Assembly (NCBI GenBank): GCA_000146045.2
Contig: BK006940.2
Span: forward strand, 64,001 to 128,000
DNA length: 64,000 bases
Reading direction: 5' to 3'
Source: TPA_inf: Saccharomyces
Taxonomy: Eukaryota
Shown here piece by piece: positions 23,847 through 36,577 of the stretch. Within the stretch, counting starts at the first letter, position 1; each line of letters begins with the position of its first letter. Position numbers and translations under genes: made by a program. The notes beneath the pieces were generated by a model. It was not told where the DNA came from, searched no databases, and saw only the letters and a list, made by a program, of their open reading frames with translations.

Positions 23847-26345
23847 TCATGATGAATTTTTCTGGGTTATAGAAGAGTTCTGTTTCGCTTCTGAATTGAT
23901 TAACGAATCATTTAATTTTTTTAGGGAGTTCGAAGAATTTGAATTATTGTTCTGTGATTTCTGCTTTTGTTGTTGTGCTTGCTGCTGTTGCTGCTGCTGC
24001 TGTTGTTGTTGCTGTTGTAAATGTTGTATATGCTTTTGTTTCAGTCTGGTGATATAGTCCCTACGATACTTTATGGTGGCTTCCCTTAATTGTTCGTAGG
24101 ACTTCGTACCCAACATTGTTCCGAATCTAATCACCTGAGTATCATTTGAAATCTGGTTAAGTCTTGCCGGTTCATCTGAAAACTTGATCCCATATTCATT
24201 TTGTGGAGAATCATACTTCCACTTGTCGTAAAGTCTGACAAATTCGTCGTATTTGGAATCGTAAACATTAATCGAGTCAGTATCGTTACTACCTTCTCTT
24301 GAATATTGTTCTTTTTCGATTGAATCGAAATCTACAAAATCCATTAAAGAACATGCAGACTTGGTCGACGATGTTGTAAAATTTGGCATACGATCAACAT
24401 ACTTAATATTAGATCTACCAACTCTCTTCCTGAATTTTATTGGATACTCTCTCGAATGAATTTCCAAATTTTCTTGGAATGGGTCGTACAGTTCAGTTTT
24501 TTTGATTCTTTTGGTATCCAAGTTGTAATTATCTTTGTTTCTCGAACGGCCATTTGAATCATATATTCTGATGTCATCAGATATCCCCTTCAAGTATTCT
24601 GGTAAATGTGAAGAATAAAAAGATCTATCTATCTGAAACTTGGATGACGCGATAGATGCAAAGGGAACATTACTAGTCGAAAAATTTTTAGGCAACGACA
24701 TGTCAAATACAGGATTAAAGGGATCGTCCGTTAAGTTGAAAAAGACATCTGCGTCTTCAATTTTCCGTTTCTCCATCTTTTCCTGAACGAACTTTCTTGC
24801 ATTTTTTTCTTTGCTGTTCAATAGAGCATCCACGTCTTCCAATACAATGTCAGGAATTTTGGAAGATGGTAGTTTGACATAAACATGAGACGTAATTGGC
24901 TGTGATGTTGAAGAAGAGGATGCATTCGCGAGTTGCTTTCCGTTTTCAGTCTTAAGGGCATTTTGCTGTTGTTGTTGTTGTTGCTGTAACAGTTGCTGCT
25001 GTTGCTGCTTGGTGAGCCTAGAAGATTTGTCTTCAAGTTGGTTATTCCTTTTATTGTTCTTTGCCTTCGCTGCCGCTGCTGCAGCAGCTGCTCTCTTAAG
25101 TTCAGCTTTCCTTAGTTCAGCTTCCCTTTGTTCGACCGTAACAATCGTGGGGCGTTTTCTCTTGTGGTTAATCAAGTCATCGTCTTCTCCACTAATGTTC
25201 AAAGATCTTTTCAAATTCTTAATTTTTACCCTTTGATCGAATATTTTTAATTCATCATTAATCCAATTTAGGGAAACGTTCTCACGTTTAGCAACAAGCA
25301 GGGCCAAGTCCTTCGCGTTTTTCAATTCTTGATGCAACGCCCTTAAACGCTGACTGTTTAAGATATCTATACGTCTTGTTTTCCGCGGATGTCTCACTTC
25401 TCTTCTTCTGAAACAGACGTAGGGATCAATCTCTTCTTTTTCACCCGGCCTTTCAAATTTCAGCTGCGGAAAAATTTCGTACCCGTTAACTTCAATTTTT
25501 CTTTCTCTCCAATAATCATAAATTTTAGAGCCGAACTTCTCTATCAGCTGAATTAAAGGTCTCGTATTCATTTGAGATACGGGGTCGAATTGTGTGATAA
25601 AATGTGTTTTATGAGAATTTATTTCATGATTCAGCTGGTTTCTTAGATTGAAATCAGCCATATCTGATTTTATTAATGTGGGCTTCAATTCTTCAAAAGA
25701 AAGTATACTTTCCGGATCCATACTCAAGAATGGTTGACGCTCGTGAATAGCATGTTCAAAACTGGAACAAAGTATTTCAAATTCGTCTTCAGTTAAAATG
25801 TCTGATGAACCTTTGTTGACTTGTTCATTTAAAAAGGTCTCATCTCTTTCATCCATATTGTAGTTGGTACCACAGCAATCCTCCACAGTGGCAGAAAATT
25901 TGATGTAGCTGGTGGTCTCCTGGAAACTGCCCGTATAAAACTTATCATATTCATTCCAAGTCATAGAAGCATCCGGGGTCGGAATATAGTCTTTGTGCTT
26001 TGTATGACCAGAACCCATTTGTAATATTCGATGCAAATGGACCTCCTTTTCTTCATTTTTTTCTACACCAGTTTCGATCTCAACCACCTCTCTCTGTTGC
26101 AATTCATCTTTATCCAGGTGTTTCAGATCGTTAGGCAGATATATCTTAAGATGTTGCTTCACAGATATTTTTCGATGTCTAAATCGACTATTACTGCTAC
26201 CAGCACTGGCTCCAGCACCTGAATCGCCTTTTGAGAATGAATCTAGACCGTCATCGTGCGCACTCCTAGATCCAGACCGCCTAGTGCTTCTACCAGATTT
26301 ATGCGAACCGTCATTGATCTCTATAGCGTTTGAAGGTGTCGGCAT
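23847..26345 (-). CDS. EPL1: Enhancer-of-polycomb-like NuA4 histone acetyltransferase subunit, 832 aa, with C-terminal polyQ
   Basis: 832-aa ORF recognised as EPL1. Poly-Ala and polyQ tracts in the C-terminal half. Confidence 0.85.
23966..24020 (-). repeat. EPL1: CAG/CAA trinucleotide run encoding the C-terminal polyQ of EPL1 ([22 protein letters not shown])
   Basis: Plus strand shows (TTG/CTG)n; a second Q/A-rich run lies at about 24958..25100. Confidence 0.85.
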
Positions 26346-26985
26346 CGTTATTATCGTTATTTGCTAATGTTATTACAATGTTTTTATAAGCACGTGACTA
26401 TAATGTTACCCTATCGTGTGCAATTTTTATTTATGTTGACCTGAAGTCCGCAGTTGCCGTACAATGTGAGAATATGGACAAAAGGAAGGCGAGGGTGGCA
26501 AAAAGAGGAGTCAAAAATAGATAGCGTTTATTTTATTATAGCAGCTCAGAGGAACGCGATGTGGTGTAATAATATTGCGAGTGTCTAATGACCACCAGAA
26601 TACGAGCACAGTTTTGGCTGATTTTTGCAAACTTTTTTGCTTTTGTGTAGTAACCTCTCACAGGTATTGCTTGTATGCTATACCATGTGATATGTAATAG
26701 TACAATTTTGTGGTCGGATCGTGCTTTTGCCACCCGCGGCCGACGGAGAAAATTTTTTTCCTCTATCCCTTTGTTTCTCGCTTACTCCTGCGGTATGGGG
26801 TGCTAACTATGGTGAGCGAGTATGGGAAGAAGTAGCGATATACGGGTAACCCTAATGTTTGGGTGTTTTGAAATTTATCCTTGGAGGATAGGCGATGAGC
26901 TGCTCTTAAAGGTTTTAACAGAGAGTGTTGTATGAATATTCTGTAGAATTTTATAGTAAACAGGTATCCTCAGACTGTAATAGCC

Positions 26986-29376
26986 ATGGATTTGTTAGCG
27001 GCCAGCGTAGAAAGTACGTTGAAAAATCTGCAAGATAAGAGAAACTTTCTTTCGGAACAAAGAGAGCACTATATAGATATCAGAAGCCGACTGGTTAGAT
27101 TTATCAATGACAATGATGATGGCGAAGAAGAAGGCGAAGGCCAAGGGATGGTGTTTGGTGATATCATAATTTCTACGAGTAAGATATATCTAAGTCTAGG
27201 CTATGAGTATTACGTTGAAAAGACCAAAGAGGAGGCCATCACGTTTGTTGATGATAAATTAAAACTAATGGAGGACGCCATTGAGCAATTTAACCTGAAG
27301 ATCGAAGAGGCTAAAAAGACCTTAGACAACTTGAATCACATGGAGGACGGAAATGGAATTGAAGAAGACGAAGCGAACAACGACGAAGATTTTCTGCCCT
27401 CTATGGAGATTAGAGAAGAACTAGATGACGAGGGAAATGTCATAAGTAGTTCCGTTACCCCTACAACAAAGCAACCATCACAATCGAATTCCAAAAAAGA
27501 ACAGACACCTGCAGTCGGTCCAAAGGAGAAAGGATTAGCAAAGGAGAAGAAATCAAAGTCATTCGAAGAAAACTTGAAAGGAAAGTTATTGAAAAGGAAC
27601 GATGAAGTAAAGAAAAAAGTGCAGCCATCTAAAGTAGATACAGAAAACGTGTATACATTTGCCGACTTGGTCCAACAGATGGACCAACAAGATGAATTGG
27701 AGGACGGCTATATTGAAACTGATGAAATAAATTATGATTATGATGCGTTCGAAAACTCCAATTTCAAAGTCAATGATAACTATGAAGAGGATGACGAGGA
27801 CGAAGATGAAGAAGAGTATCTAAATCATTCTATTATACCTGGCTTTGAAGCGCAGTCCTCATTTTTACAACAAATTCAACGCCTACGCGCACAAAAGCAA
27901 TCCCAAGATCATGAGAGGGAAGAAGGTGACGTTAATAAATCATTAAAACCTATTTTGAAAAAGTCTTCTTTTGCTGAGAATTCAGACAAAAAGCAGAAAA
28001 AGAAACAAGTCGGGTTTGCATCTTCTCTAGAAATTCACGAAGTCGAAAACTTGAAAGAAGAGAACAAGAGGCAGATGCAATCCTTTGCGGTGCCCATGTA
28101 TGAAACCCAGGAAAGCACAGGTATCGCTAATAAAATGACATCGGATGAGTTTGATGGTGATTTATTTGCTAAGATGTTGGGTGTCCAAGAGGCCGATGAA
28201 GTGCATGAAAAATATAAAGAGGAACTGATAAATCAAGAGAGACTTGAAGGGGAAGCAAGCAGGTCGAATAGAAGAACTAGGGTGTCCAGATTCCGGAAGG
28301 ATAGAGCTTCTAAAAAAGAAAATACGTTATCAACTTTCAAACAGGAAACGACAAGGTCAGTGGAGAACGAGGTAGTGGAAAAAGAGCCTGTTGTGGGGGA
28401 TATTATAGAAAAAGAACCTGTTGTGGGGGATGTTATAGAAAAAGAACCTGTTGTGGGGGATGTTATAGAAAAAGAGCCTGCTGTCACCGATATAGTGGAA
28501 AGGGAGCCTGCTGTCAACGATATAGTGGAAAGGAAGCCTGTTGTGGGGGATATTATAGAAAAAGAACCTACTATCAACGATATAGTGGAAAAAGAACCGG
28601 AAATTAACAGCAAGAGCGAGTTTGAGACTCCTTTTAAAAAGAAAAAGCTAAAATCACTGCAAAAACCAAGATCATCGAAATCAATGAAAAAAAAATTTGA
28701 TCCCAAAATTCTCGAAAATATAAGTGATGACGATTATGATGATGATGACGATGGTAATAAGAAACTTTTGTCCAACAAAAGTAAAAATAACACTGATGAG
28801 CAAGATAAATTTCCTTCAAAAATCCAAGAGGTGTCTAGGTCGATGGCTAAGACGGGCGCCACAGTAGGGAGTGAGCCGGTTAGAATTACAAATGTCGATT
28901 ATCACGCCCTAGGTGGAAACTTGGATGATATGGTCAAGGCATATTCATTGGGGTTATATGACGACGATTTAGAGGAAGATCCAGGAACCATAGTGGAAAA
29001 GCTCGAGGATTTCAAAGAATACAATAAGCAGGTGGAGTTGCTGCGTGACGAAATTCGAGACTTTCAACTAGAAAACAAGCCAGTGACGATGGAGGAGGAG
29101 GAAAATGATGGCAATGTTATGAATGATATCATTGAGCATGAATTTCCTGAAAGTTACACAAATGACGAGGACGAAGTAGCACTACATCCGGGCCGGCTAC
29201 AGGAAGAGGTTGCTATAGAGTACAGACGGTTGAAAGAAGCTACCGCGTCGAAATGGCAATCATCATCACCCGCCGCACACACTGAAGGCGAATTGGAGCC
29301 TATTGATAAGTTCGGGAACCCGGTCAAGACAAGTCGTTTCCGCTCTCAACGGCTCCATATGGACAGTAAACCATAA
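26986..29376 (+). CDS. BUD27: Prefoldin-like / URI-family protein, 796 aa
   Basis: 796-aa ORF recognised as BUD27; acidic, Lys-rich, with internal decapeptide repeats. Confidence 0.85.
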   Translation: MDLLAASVESTLKNLQDKRNFLSEQREHYIDIRSRLVRFINDNDDGEEEGEGQGMVFGDIIISTSKIYLSLGYEYYVEKTKEEAITFVDDKLKLMEDAIEQFNLKIEEAKKTLDNLNHMEDGNGIEEDEANNDEDFLPSMEIREELDDEGNVISSSVTPTTKQPSQSNSKKEQTPAVGPKEKGLAKEKKSKSFEENLKGKLLKRNDEVKKKVQPSKVDTENVYTFADLVQQMDQQDELEDGYIETDEINYDYDAFENSNFKVNDNYEEDDEDEDEEEYLNHSIIPGFEAQSSFLQQIQRLRAQKQSQDHEREEGDVNKSLKPILKKSSFAENSDKKQKKKQVGFASSLEIHEVENLKEENKRQMQSFAVPMYETQESTGIANKMTSDEFDGDLFAKMLGVQEADEVHEKYKEELINQERLEGEASRSNRRTRVSRFRKDRASKKENTLSTFKQETTRSVENEVVEKEPVVGDIIEKEPVVGDVIEKEPVVGDVIEKEPAVTDIVEREPAVNDIVERKPVVGDIIEKEPTINDIVEKEPEINSKSEFETPFKKKKLKSLQKPRSSKSMKKKFDPKILENISDDDYDDDDDGNKKLLSNKSKNNTDEQDKFPSKIQEVSRSMAKTGATVGSEPVRITNVDYHALGGNLDDMVKAYSLGLYDDDLEEDPGTIVEKLEDFKEYNKQVELLRDEIRDFQLENKPVTMEEEENDGNVMNDIIEHEFPESYTNDEDEVALHPGRLQEEVAIEYRRLKEATASKWQSSSPAAHTEGELEPIDKFGNPVKTSRFRSQRLHMDSKP
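28378..28617 (+). repeat. BUD27: 8 tandem copies of a 30-bp (10-aa) coding minisatellite: EKEPVVGD[IV]I variants
   Basis: Units gaaaaagagcctgttgtgggggatattata / gaaaaagaacctgttgtgggggatgttata etc. They translate VEKEPVVGDIIEKEPVVGDVIEKEPVVGDVIEKEPAVTDIVEREPAVNDIVERKPVVGDIIEKEPTINDIVEKEPEIN. Confidence 0.9.
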
Positions 29377-29498
29377 CCCATATGGAGACAGAAAGTAAAT
29401 CAGAATCTATATTAACATATACGTATATATTTGTTTTGTGTACAATAACTACTACAAAATTGGGGACAGACGATATAAAACTAGAGGAACTGCTGAGC

Positions 29499-31010
29499 TT
29501 ATTCGTACAAGTCTTCGTCCAATCTAGCAGCAGGATTGGTTTCGATAAAGTCCAAAGAGACTTTATGACCTAACAGTTCTCTGATGTTTTGAACCTTATA
29601 TTTGATCATGGTAGGTCTTTCCAAGGATAACCCCCAACCAAGGACTCTTAGATCCTTTGGTAGACCCATGGACTCGAGCATTTCTGGTCTGAACATACCA
29701 GAGTTACCGATTTCGACCCATTTTTGCAAACCTTCGTGCCAAGAAAAGATTTCCATTGATGGCTCGGTGTAAGGATTGTAGGTAGGCTTGAATCTCAAAC
29801 CGGTGACACCCATTCTTTCGAAAAACTCTTCCATGAACTTGATCAGGTCACCCAGAGTAATGTTGTAGTCGGCAAGAACACCTTCCACCTGGTGGAATTC
29901 GGCCAAATGGGTGGCGTCAACTGCTTCGTTACGGAAAACACGGTCGATAGAAAACAATCTGGTGGGCTTTGGATCTTTGGCCAAATCGTGCAGCATTCTG
30001 GCAGAGATGGCTGTGGAGTGAGTTCTCAAGACCAATTTTTGACATTCTTCTGGCTTCCAGTTGTAACGATAACCGATGGACCCGAATCTCCCCTGTTCGT
30101 GAACGGCTTTGATATTGTCCATGTATGTCTTGTCATCGGGCAAGTCAGCGGTTAGTGGGTCCTTGATGTAGAAAGTGTCTTGCAGGTCACGAGCAGGATG
30201 CTGTTGTGGGACGTAAAGGGCATCGAAGTTCCAGAAACCTGTCTCGACGTATTGGTTCGAGGGCATCTCTGTGAATCCCATGGAAAAGAAAATTTGTCTA
30301 AATTCCTCTCTGACTTTGTTTAAGGGGTGAAGAGCACCTGAAGATATTTGCACACCTTGAGAATTGAAATTGTAAGGCTTGAACTTCAAGTCCTTGTATG
30401 CATTGGTGGAGACCATGTCGGAGGTAAGATCGGTTTCCAATTTGGTGAGGTCGGTCGAGAACTCTGGCCCTTTGGTAACGTTGAAATCTGTGATTTTACC
30501 TTGAGCAATTAACTTTCTTTTCTTCAAGTCGTTCAAAATCTTGGCGTCAATGCTATCCAGATGCGAGTTGTTCTTGATTTGCGCTAGAATAGATTGCGTT
30601 TCATCAGTAAGCTCATTTAAATCGGTATTTTGCAATTTTGCGGAGAGTTCAAGCTCGTTTGAGGCGTTTTTGGCGATCCAGCCGTTCTTGAAAGCTCTAG
30701 CCTGACCGACCTTACCAACTTGAGGACCCAGTTTGGACATCACATCTTTGATTTGAAGTTGACCCAACTCTTGGATGAGCTTGACTAGTTTAATTTCGTA
30801 CGAACCTTCATTCAAAATTTGAGCACCTTCTTTGGTCAAGTCATACGTAACCGTGTCGACCTTGGAAAACTCTAACTTGTTGTGGGCTTTCAAAGAGTTC
30901 AAAGCGGAAAGAACATCTTGAGAGCCGTGCTGAGGGAAAGTTGCCAGTGTGGACTTGATCTCATCCAATTCATCTAGTTTTTTTAGAATTTCTAATTGGA
31001 AGTCAGACAT
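29499..31010 (-). CDS. FRS2: Phenylalanyl-tRNA synthetase alpha subunit (cytoplasmic), 503 aa
   Basis: Class II aaRS motifs (FRNE...; [10 protein letters not shown]); recognised as FRS2. Confidence 0.9.
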   Translation of the reverse strand: MSDFQLEILKKLDELDEIKSTLATFPQHGSQDVLSALNSLKAHNKLEFSKVDTVTYDLTKEGAQILNEGSYEIKLVKLIQELGQLQIKDVMSKLGPQVGKVGQARAFKNGWIAKNASNELELSAKLQNTDLNELTDETQSILAQIKNNSHLDSIDAKILNDLKKRKLIAQGKITDFNVTKGPEFSTDLTKLETDLTSDMVSTNAYKDLKFKPYNFNSQGVQISSGALHPLNKVREEFRQIFFSMGFTEMPSNQYVETGFWNFDALYVPQQHPARDLQDTFYIKDPLTADLPDDKTYMDNIKAVHEQGRFGSIGYRYNWKPEECQKLVLRTHSTAISARMLHDLAKDPKPTRLFSIDRVFRNEAVDATHLAEFHQVEGVLADYNITLGDLIKFMEEFFERMGVTGLRFKPTYNPYTEPSMEIFSWHEGLQKWVEIGNSGMFRPEMLESMGLPKDLRVLGWGLSLERPTMIKYKVQNIRELLGHKVSLDFIETNPAARLDEDLYE

Positions 31011-31724
31011 CTTTACGTTAGGGGGTGAGAGAGGGAGGGGGGTGCCTTTAATGTATATATACGTAAGATATATATATATATGTATATATATGGAAATGTA
31101 TTCACAACTTTACATGTGCATTAACCACAAGTACTGCGTACGTTCAAGATTACAGCAATGCGTTTTATTAATTTTTCAAGCATTTTTCACGTAGAGAGGA
31201 ACAAAGTTTACTGAAAAGAAAAGAGGTAGAGAAAAACAGAAAAATTTTTTTTTTCTGTTTTTCCTGCCTCTTTTCTTTGTTTGATTCAATATGGTCGACC
31301 GGGTAAACCCCTGATAAAACGATACCAAAGCCGGGTCACCTAACTTATGGCCAAATGCGACCGGTCCCGCTTTCCGATTTTAGCCGGCGAAGACGTACTT
31401 GGCGCCATAATCAAAACCTAGCTTGCCCAATACTTCTGAGTTCTACGTGGTGCAAAAATATTTTTTTTTTTTTGAAAAACCTACCCTATTTCATTATAGA
31501 TGCATCCATCAGTATTACGGTGTCCTCACACAACCCTGTCTCTGCACAACGTAATACCTCCTTTTCCCGTCTGCTAGCTCTCATTTCGCGGTAATCCAAC
31601 TTCAACCAGCAACCCGGATCTTCTATACGCAGTCCGGTGTGTGGGTGCATGACTGATTGGTCCGGCCGATAACAGGTGTGCTTGCACCCAGTGCCCAACG
31701 TCAACAAAGCAGGAACAACGGGCT

Positions 31725-31757
31725 GATAAGGGAGAAGATAAGATAAGATAAGATAAC
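31725..31757 (+). promoter_or_regulatory. GAT1: Cluster of five GATAA(G) motifs (GATAAG at 31725..31730, then GATAAGATAAGATAAGATAAC at 31737..31757), i.e. UAS-NTR / GATA-factor sites about 210 bp upstream of GAT1
   Basis: Direct reading of the sequence. GATAAG is the binding core for Gln3/Gat1/Dal80/Gzf3. Confidence 0.75.
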
Positions 31758-31965
31758 AAATCATTGCGTCCGACCACAGGCCGACACATAGCAGAACGAT
31801 GTGAAGCAGCGCAGCATAGTGTTAGTGCCGGTGCAGCTACCGCTGGTATTAACAGCCACCACAATACAGAGCAACAATAATAACAGCACTATGAGTCGCA
31901 CACTTGCGGTGCCCGGCCCAGCCACATATATATAGGTGTGTGCCACTCCCGGCCCCGGTATTAGC

Positions 31966-33498
31966 ATGCACGTTTTCTTTCCTTTGCTTTTCCGCCCTTC
32001 CCCTGTTCTGTTCATCGCATGTGCATATATATATATAGATATATATATACATTGTACACGGTGCACGGTAGTGAACATAACTATGAGCACGAACAGAGTC
32101 CCGAACCTCGACCCGGACTTGAATTTAAACAAAGAAATCTGGGACCTGTACTCGAGCGCCCAGAAAATATTGCCCGATTCTAACCGTATTTTGAACCTTT
32201 CTTGGCGTTTGCATAACCGCACGTCTTTCCATCGAATTAACCGCATAATGCAACATTCTAACTCTATTATGGACTTCTCCGCCTCGCCCTTTGCCAGCGG
32301 CGTGAACGCCGCTGGCCCAGGCAACAACGACCTCGATGACACCGATACTGATAACCAGCAATTCTTCCTTTCAGACATGAACCTCAACGGATCTTCTGTT
32401 TTTGAAAATGTGTTTGACGACGATGACGATGATGATGACGTGGAGACGCACTCCATTGTGCACTCAGACCTGCTCAACGACATGGACAGCGCTTCCCAGC
32501 GTGCTTCACATAATGCTTCTGGTTTCCCTAATTTTCTGGACACTTCCTGCTCGTCCTCCTTCGATGACCACTTTATTTTCACCAATAACTTACCATTTTT
32601 AAATAATAATAGCATTAATAATAATCATAGTCATAATAGTAGTCATAATAATAACAGTCCCAGCATCGCCAATAATACAAACGCAAACACAAACACAAAC
32701 ACAAGTGCAAGTACAAACACCAATAGTCCTTTACTGAGAAGAAACCCCTCCCCATCTATAGTGAAGCCTGGCTCGCGAAGAAATTCCTCCGTGAGGAAGA
32801 AGAAACCTGCTTTGAAGAAGATCAAGTCTTCCACTTCTGTGCAATCTTCGGCTACTCCGCCTTCGAACACCTCATCCAATCCGGATATAAAATGCTCCAA
32901 CTGCACAACCTCCACCACTCCGCTGTGGAGGAAGGACCCCAAGGGTCTTCCCCTGTGCAATGCTTGCGGCCTCTTCCTCAAGCTCCACGGCGTCACAAGG
33001 CCTCTGTCGTTGAAGACTGACATCATTAAGAAGAGACAGAGGTCGTCTACCAAGATAAACAACAATATAACGCCCCCTCCATCGTCGTCTCTCAATCCGG
33101 GAGCAGCAGGGAAAAAGAAAAACTATACAGCAAGTGTGGCAGCGTCCAAGAGGAAGAACTCACTGAACATTGTCGCACCTTTGAAGTCTCAGGACATACC
33201 CATTCCGAAGATTGCCTCACCTTCCATCCCACAATACCTCCGCTCTAACACTCGCCACCACCTTTCGAGTTCCGTACCCATCGAGGCGGAAACGTTCTCC
33301 AGCTTTCGGCCTGATATGAATATGACTATGAACATGAACCTTCACAACGCCTCAACCTCCTCCTTCAACAATGAAGCCTTCTGGAAGCCTTTGGACTCCG
33401 CAATAGATCATCATTCTGGAGACACAAATCCAAACTCAAACATGAACACCACTCCAAATGGCAATCTGAGCCTGGATTGGTTGAATCTGAATTTATAG
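31966..33498 (+). CDS. GAT1: GATA-type zinc-finger transcriptional activator of nitrogen catabolite repression genes, 510 aa from ATG 31966; the ORF is open from 31936 and in-frame downstream Mets are known alternative starts
   Basis: GATA zinc finger [33 protein letters not shown]. Poly-Asp and Asn-rich regions. TATATATA at 31926..31934 lies only about 30 bp upstream of the first ATG. Confidence 0.85.
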   Translation: MHVFFPLLFRPSPVLFIACAYIYIDIYIHCTRCTVVNITMSTNRVPNLDPDLNLNKEIWDLYSSAQKILPDSNRILNLSWRLHNRTSFHRINRIMQHSNSIMDFSASPFASGVNAAGPGNNDLDDTDTDNQQFFLSDMNLNGSSVFENVFDDDDDDDDVETHSIVHSDLLNDMDSASQRASHNASGFPNFLDTSCSSSFDDHFIFTNNLPFLNNNSINNNHSHNSSHNNNSPSIANNTNANTNTNTSASTNTNSPLLRRNPSPSIVKPGSRRNSSVRKKKPALKKIKSSTSVQSSATPPSNTSSNPDIKCSNCTTSTTPLWRKDPKGLPLCNACGLFLKLHGVTRPLSLKTDIIKKRQRSSTKINNNITPPPSSSLNPGAAGKKKNYTASVAASKRKNSLNIVAPLKSQDIPIPKIASPSIPQYLRSNTRHHLSSSVPIEAETFSSFRPDMNMTMNMNLHNASTSSFNNEAFWKPLDSAIDHHSGDTNPNSNMNTTPNGNLSLDWLNLNL

Positions 33499-35230
33499 AT
33501 CCCCCAAAAAAAAAAAAGTACTCGCTTCTTTCCATGTCCGCTTCATATATATATACACATACTAATCAAACTCTATGTATACATAGAATAAAAAGAAGAA
33601 CACTATATTTATTTCATAAAAAAAAAAAAAAAATAACAAAAAAAGTGCAACATTTATCAAAAGCTCAGTGTGCGTTATGCTTCCATGTGACCCAACATCT
33701 ATTGCGGCGGTGACAGAATAGTTGAAAGGCGCAGGGCTCACACACAGGAATGGCCCTCCCAAATTTAAAAGAGAACTAAACCAGTTATCCTAGGCAATTA
33801 CTTTATTTGAGTCTTATATGACGTCACTAGAAGCTCAGTAAGAGCAACCGAGACCTGAACATCCTTTTTTTTTTGCTTCTTTATTTGGCAGCATTTTTCA
33901 AAAATAATAAAATGGAAGCCGCGAGTACGAACAATGATGTGTTCTGGGAATACCTCGTCAAAACAAGACAATGGCAAGGATTTTCTTTCATCAGGCAGAA
34001 AGATCTGGATCTGAATGGCATCATTTTGTGATGTGTAAAAGCGGGACCTTGTTATTTCGACTTTTTGCATCATGTTGATGCAATTTGCTACTTTTCCGAC
34101 GGTGCGCTCCAACGGATGGGTATTTCCTTAATAACAAGGCATTTCTCTGGAAGTTGGCTTACTGTTTGAAATCACAGCCGGTCACAAAATAAAGTAAAAA
34201 AACTATCTCTCTCCACAAGAAGTAATTACAGGTTGTATACTACATATGATCGTATTTCTTTATGAACACTAAGGAGTTTCCCGCTGTGTACCGCAATATC
34301 CACACAAAAGGAAGGAAGAAACTTCTGTGGCTTGACAGATAAATAACTGCAGTAGTCGGTGCGTACTAATTGTTTGGTCGTGTCTGAAAAATCTTGAATT
34401 TTCAGAAAAGAATAAGCCCCAAATGTCAGTGATGGTAGTAGCAGTACTCCCCTACGATTTTAGATACTTTAGAGAGCCCACCTTCAGAATCGGAAGGAGG
34501 ATAATTTTGTAAAGCCCTTCTGTTTTTTCTCTTGCATAACTTATATTTCCACATCAAAAAGTAGTGTGCTAAGAAAAAGGAGACGAGAAAAAGGATTACG
34601 GCACTCTCTGCATCTAGACATATACCAAAAGTTGGGTTTGCTCACGAAAATACCATAATTGTGGTGTCAAAAAAATCCTGCCTCATAATACCACTGCAGC
34701 AATTGTGGATGACTAAAAAATAACTTGCATTCCACGATGTTATTTTACTTTATAAAGCACCTGCAATTTTTTTTTTTGTATTAACTCATCGAGTATGTCT
34801 GATGTGTAAACTGAACCAGGCTTAATATCGTTTCTAATTCTTGTTGTGAGAAAACTTTCCTGCCTAGTGTATTTCGTCAGGGCGAACCTTCGGATAGGCA
34901 CCGAACTCCGAGATTCTTGCTCCAATTTAAGAAATAAGCTTTTTCCGTCCCAATACAATAGAACATTATTAAAGTTAATAATAAAAATGGCACGGCACCA
35001 GTTGGAAGTTAAATCCCAACATTTGCTGCAAGAATAGAAAAGAAGTCATAACAAATTTGCATATTACTTACGGCTTCAAAAAAGCACCGAAACTAATCGA
35101 GAAAGCTTATAATATCGGTATACATTTGAATGTATTTTAACTATTTCTATATCAAAAAAAAAAAAAAAAATTGTATATTTTTCGTTATTCTCTAATTCGT
35201 ATCACATTTTATCCCTAAGGGAATCTATCT

Positions 35231-35599
35231 CTAATTTGCAATAGTGTAGATACCGTCTGCGGATAGAGCGCTAGAGATAGCTGGCTTTAATCTGCTAGAG
35301 TACCATGGAACACCAGTGATAACTCTGGTAACTTGGTCGGCGGGAATACCAGTCAACATGGTGGTGAAATCACCGTAGTTGAAAACAGCTTCTGCAATTT
35401 CAACTGGATAAGTTTCAGTTGGGTGGGCAGCTTGGAAGGAGTAGTATTCAGCCAAATGAGCTCTGATATCGGAAACATAGACACCTAATTCAACCAAATT
35501 AACTCTTTCGTCAGATTGAGATAGTGTAGTGGTTGCTGCAGCGGAGGCACCAGCGGCAATGGCGGCGACACCAGCGGCGATTGAAGTTAATTTGACCAT
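35231..35599 (-). CDS. PAU5: Seripauperin family protein, 122 aa, with N-terminal signal peptide
   Basis: [53 protein letters not shown]... is the conserved PAU/seripauperin sequence. Confidence 0.85.
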   Translation of the reverse strand: MVKLTSIAAGVAAIAAGASAAATTTLSQSDERVNLVELGVYVSDIRAHLAEYYSFQAAHPTETYPVEIAEAVFNYGDFTTMLTGIPADQVTRVITGVPWYSSRLKPAISSALSADGIYTIAN

Positions 35600-36577
35600 T
35601 GTATTTGTTGTTTTTTGGGTTGTTGCTTAGTGGAGATATAAGCTTAACTGGAAGGAAAAGAACAGAGAAATGTCTCAAACAAAGCTGATCAAACCGCTGT
35701 ATTTATATAAATTTTTTGAGCAATTACATCCCAAACAGGCTATTACTGGTCACTCATTTTGCACTCATATCTCACATATTCTAATTCCTGGCCACTTAGC
35801 CATTATTACTATGGGGGTGTATTTTCCTTGAACGATGCTGCACTTCGTATAAGAAACACGCTTCATATTCCCCATATCTTCGTATGTTTAGAGCGCAAGA
35901 ATGTTCCTTACAGTAAAGGTGCCTTTCGACCTGCAGACACAATGTTAGCCAAGTAATAGAAGCAAAGCCAATATTGTCTTGGCCTCGTTCAATTGCCTAA
36001 CCCTTGGCACTAAACGGTTGCTAGGAGAAAAAACACGGACCTTTTCCCAAATTAGAAACACTAAAAAATGTTAATATGGTACTAGTCGTCGTACCCTGCT
36101 GAAATCATAAAAACCTTACGCCATCTGTGGGACTCGTCATAGGGTTTAGTGTATATTGAATGTTGGAAAATCTCTCGTTCTGATATGCCCAACAAACCAA
36201 CAATGTACAATGTGAGGTTTCTACAAATCAACAACTATGGTTTCCCCTAATTCACTTGGATTGATTGGTTCTAGTGAAAACTTTACCTGTTACAAAGTTT
36301 TGAATCATTTTAATTAGATATCGTGTACCGAACAGTATCTGATTCGTATAAAAAAAGGAATATTGAAGGTCAGTTATCCTAGTGACAGGTGAAAAAAAAT
36401 TGATATGTATGCCCTTTGTATTATCTTTGGGGTGGAAAGAAGTGAAAACAGAAGCAAATTGGTTTTGCAGTAAGTTTAGTCTTTTGACCTGTAACTGGTT
36501 AATTTCGAAATGACTGGTGGAGCCTGACTCGAATATAGAGCAAAGGGAGTCTTTAGTAGTATATCTTCTTACTTCGA

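Noticed and set aside
28378-28617. Regular 30-bp repeats that a repeat finder might flag as CRISPR-like
   Set aside because: The repeats are contiguous without spacers, in frame, and encode the decapeptide repeats of BUD27. This is a coding minisatellite in a eukaryotic gene.
31761-32615. 284-aa ORF antisense to GAT1 5' region, and the smaller ORFs 31486..31764 and 31574..31864
   Set aside because: Antisense to GAT1 and its GATA/TATA promoter; Ser- and Leu-rich low-complexity translation typical of spurious antisense frames.
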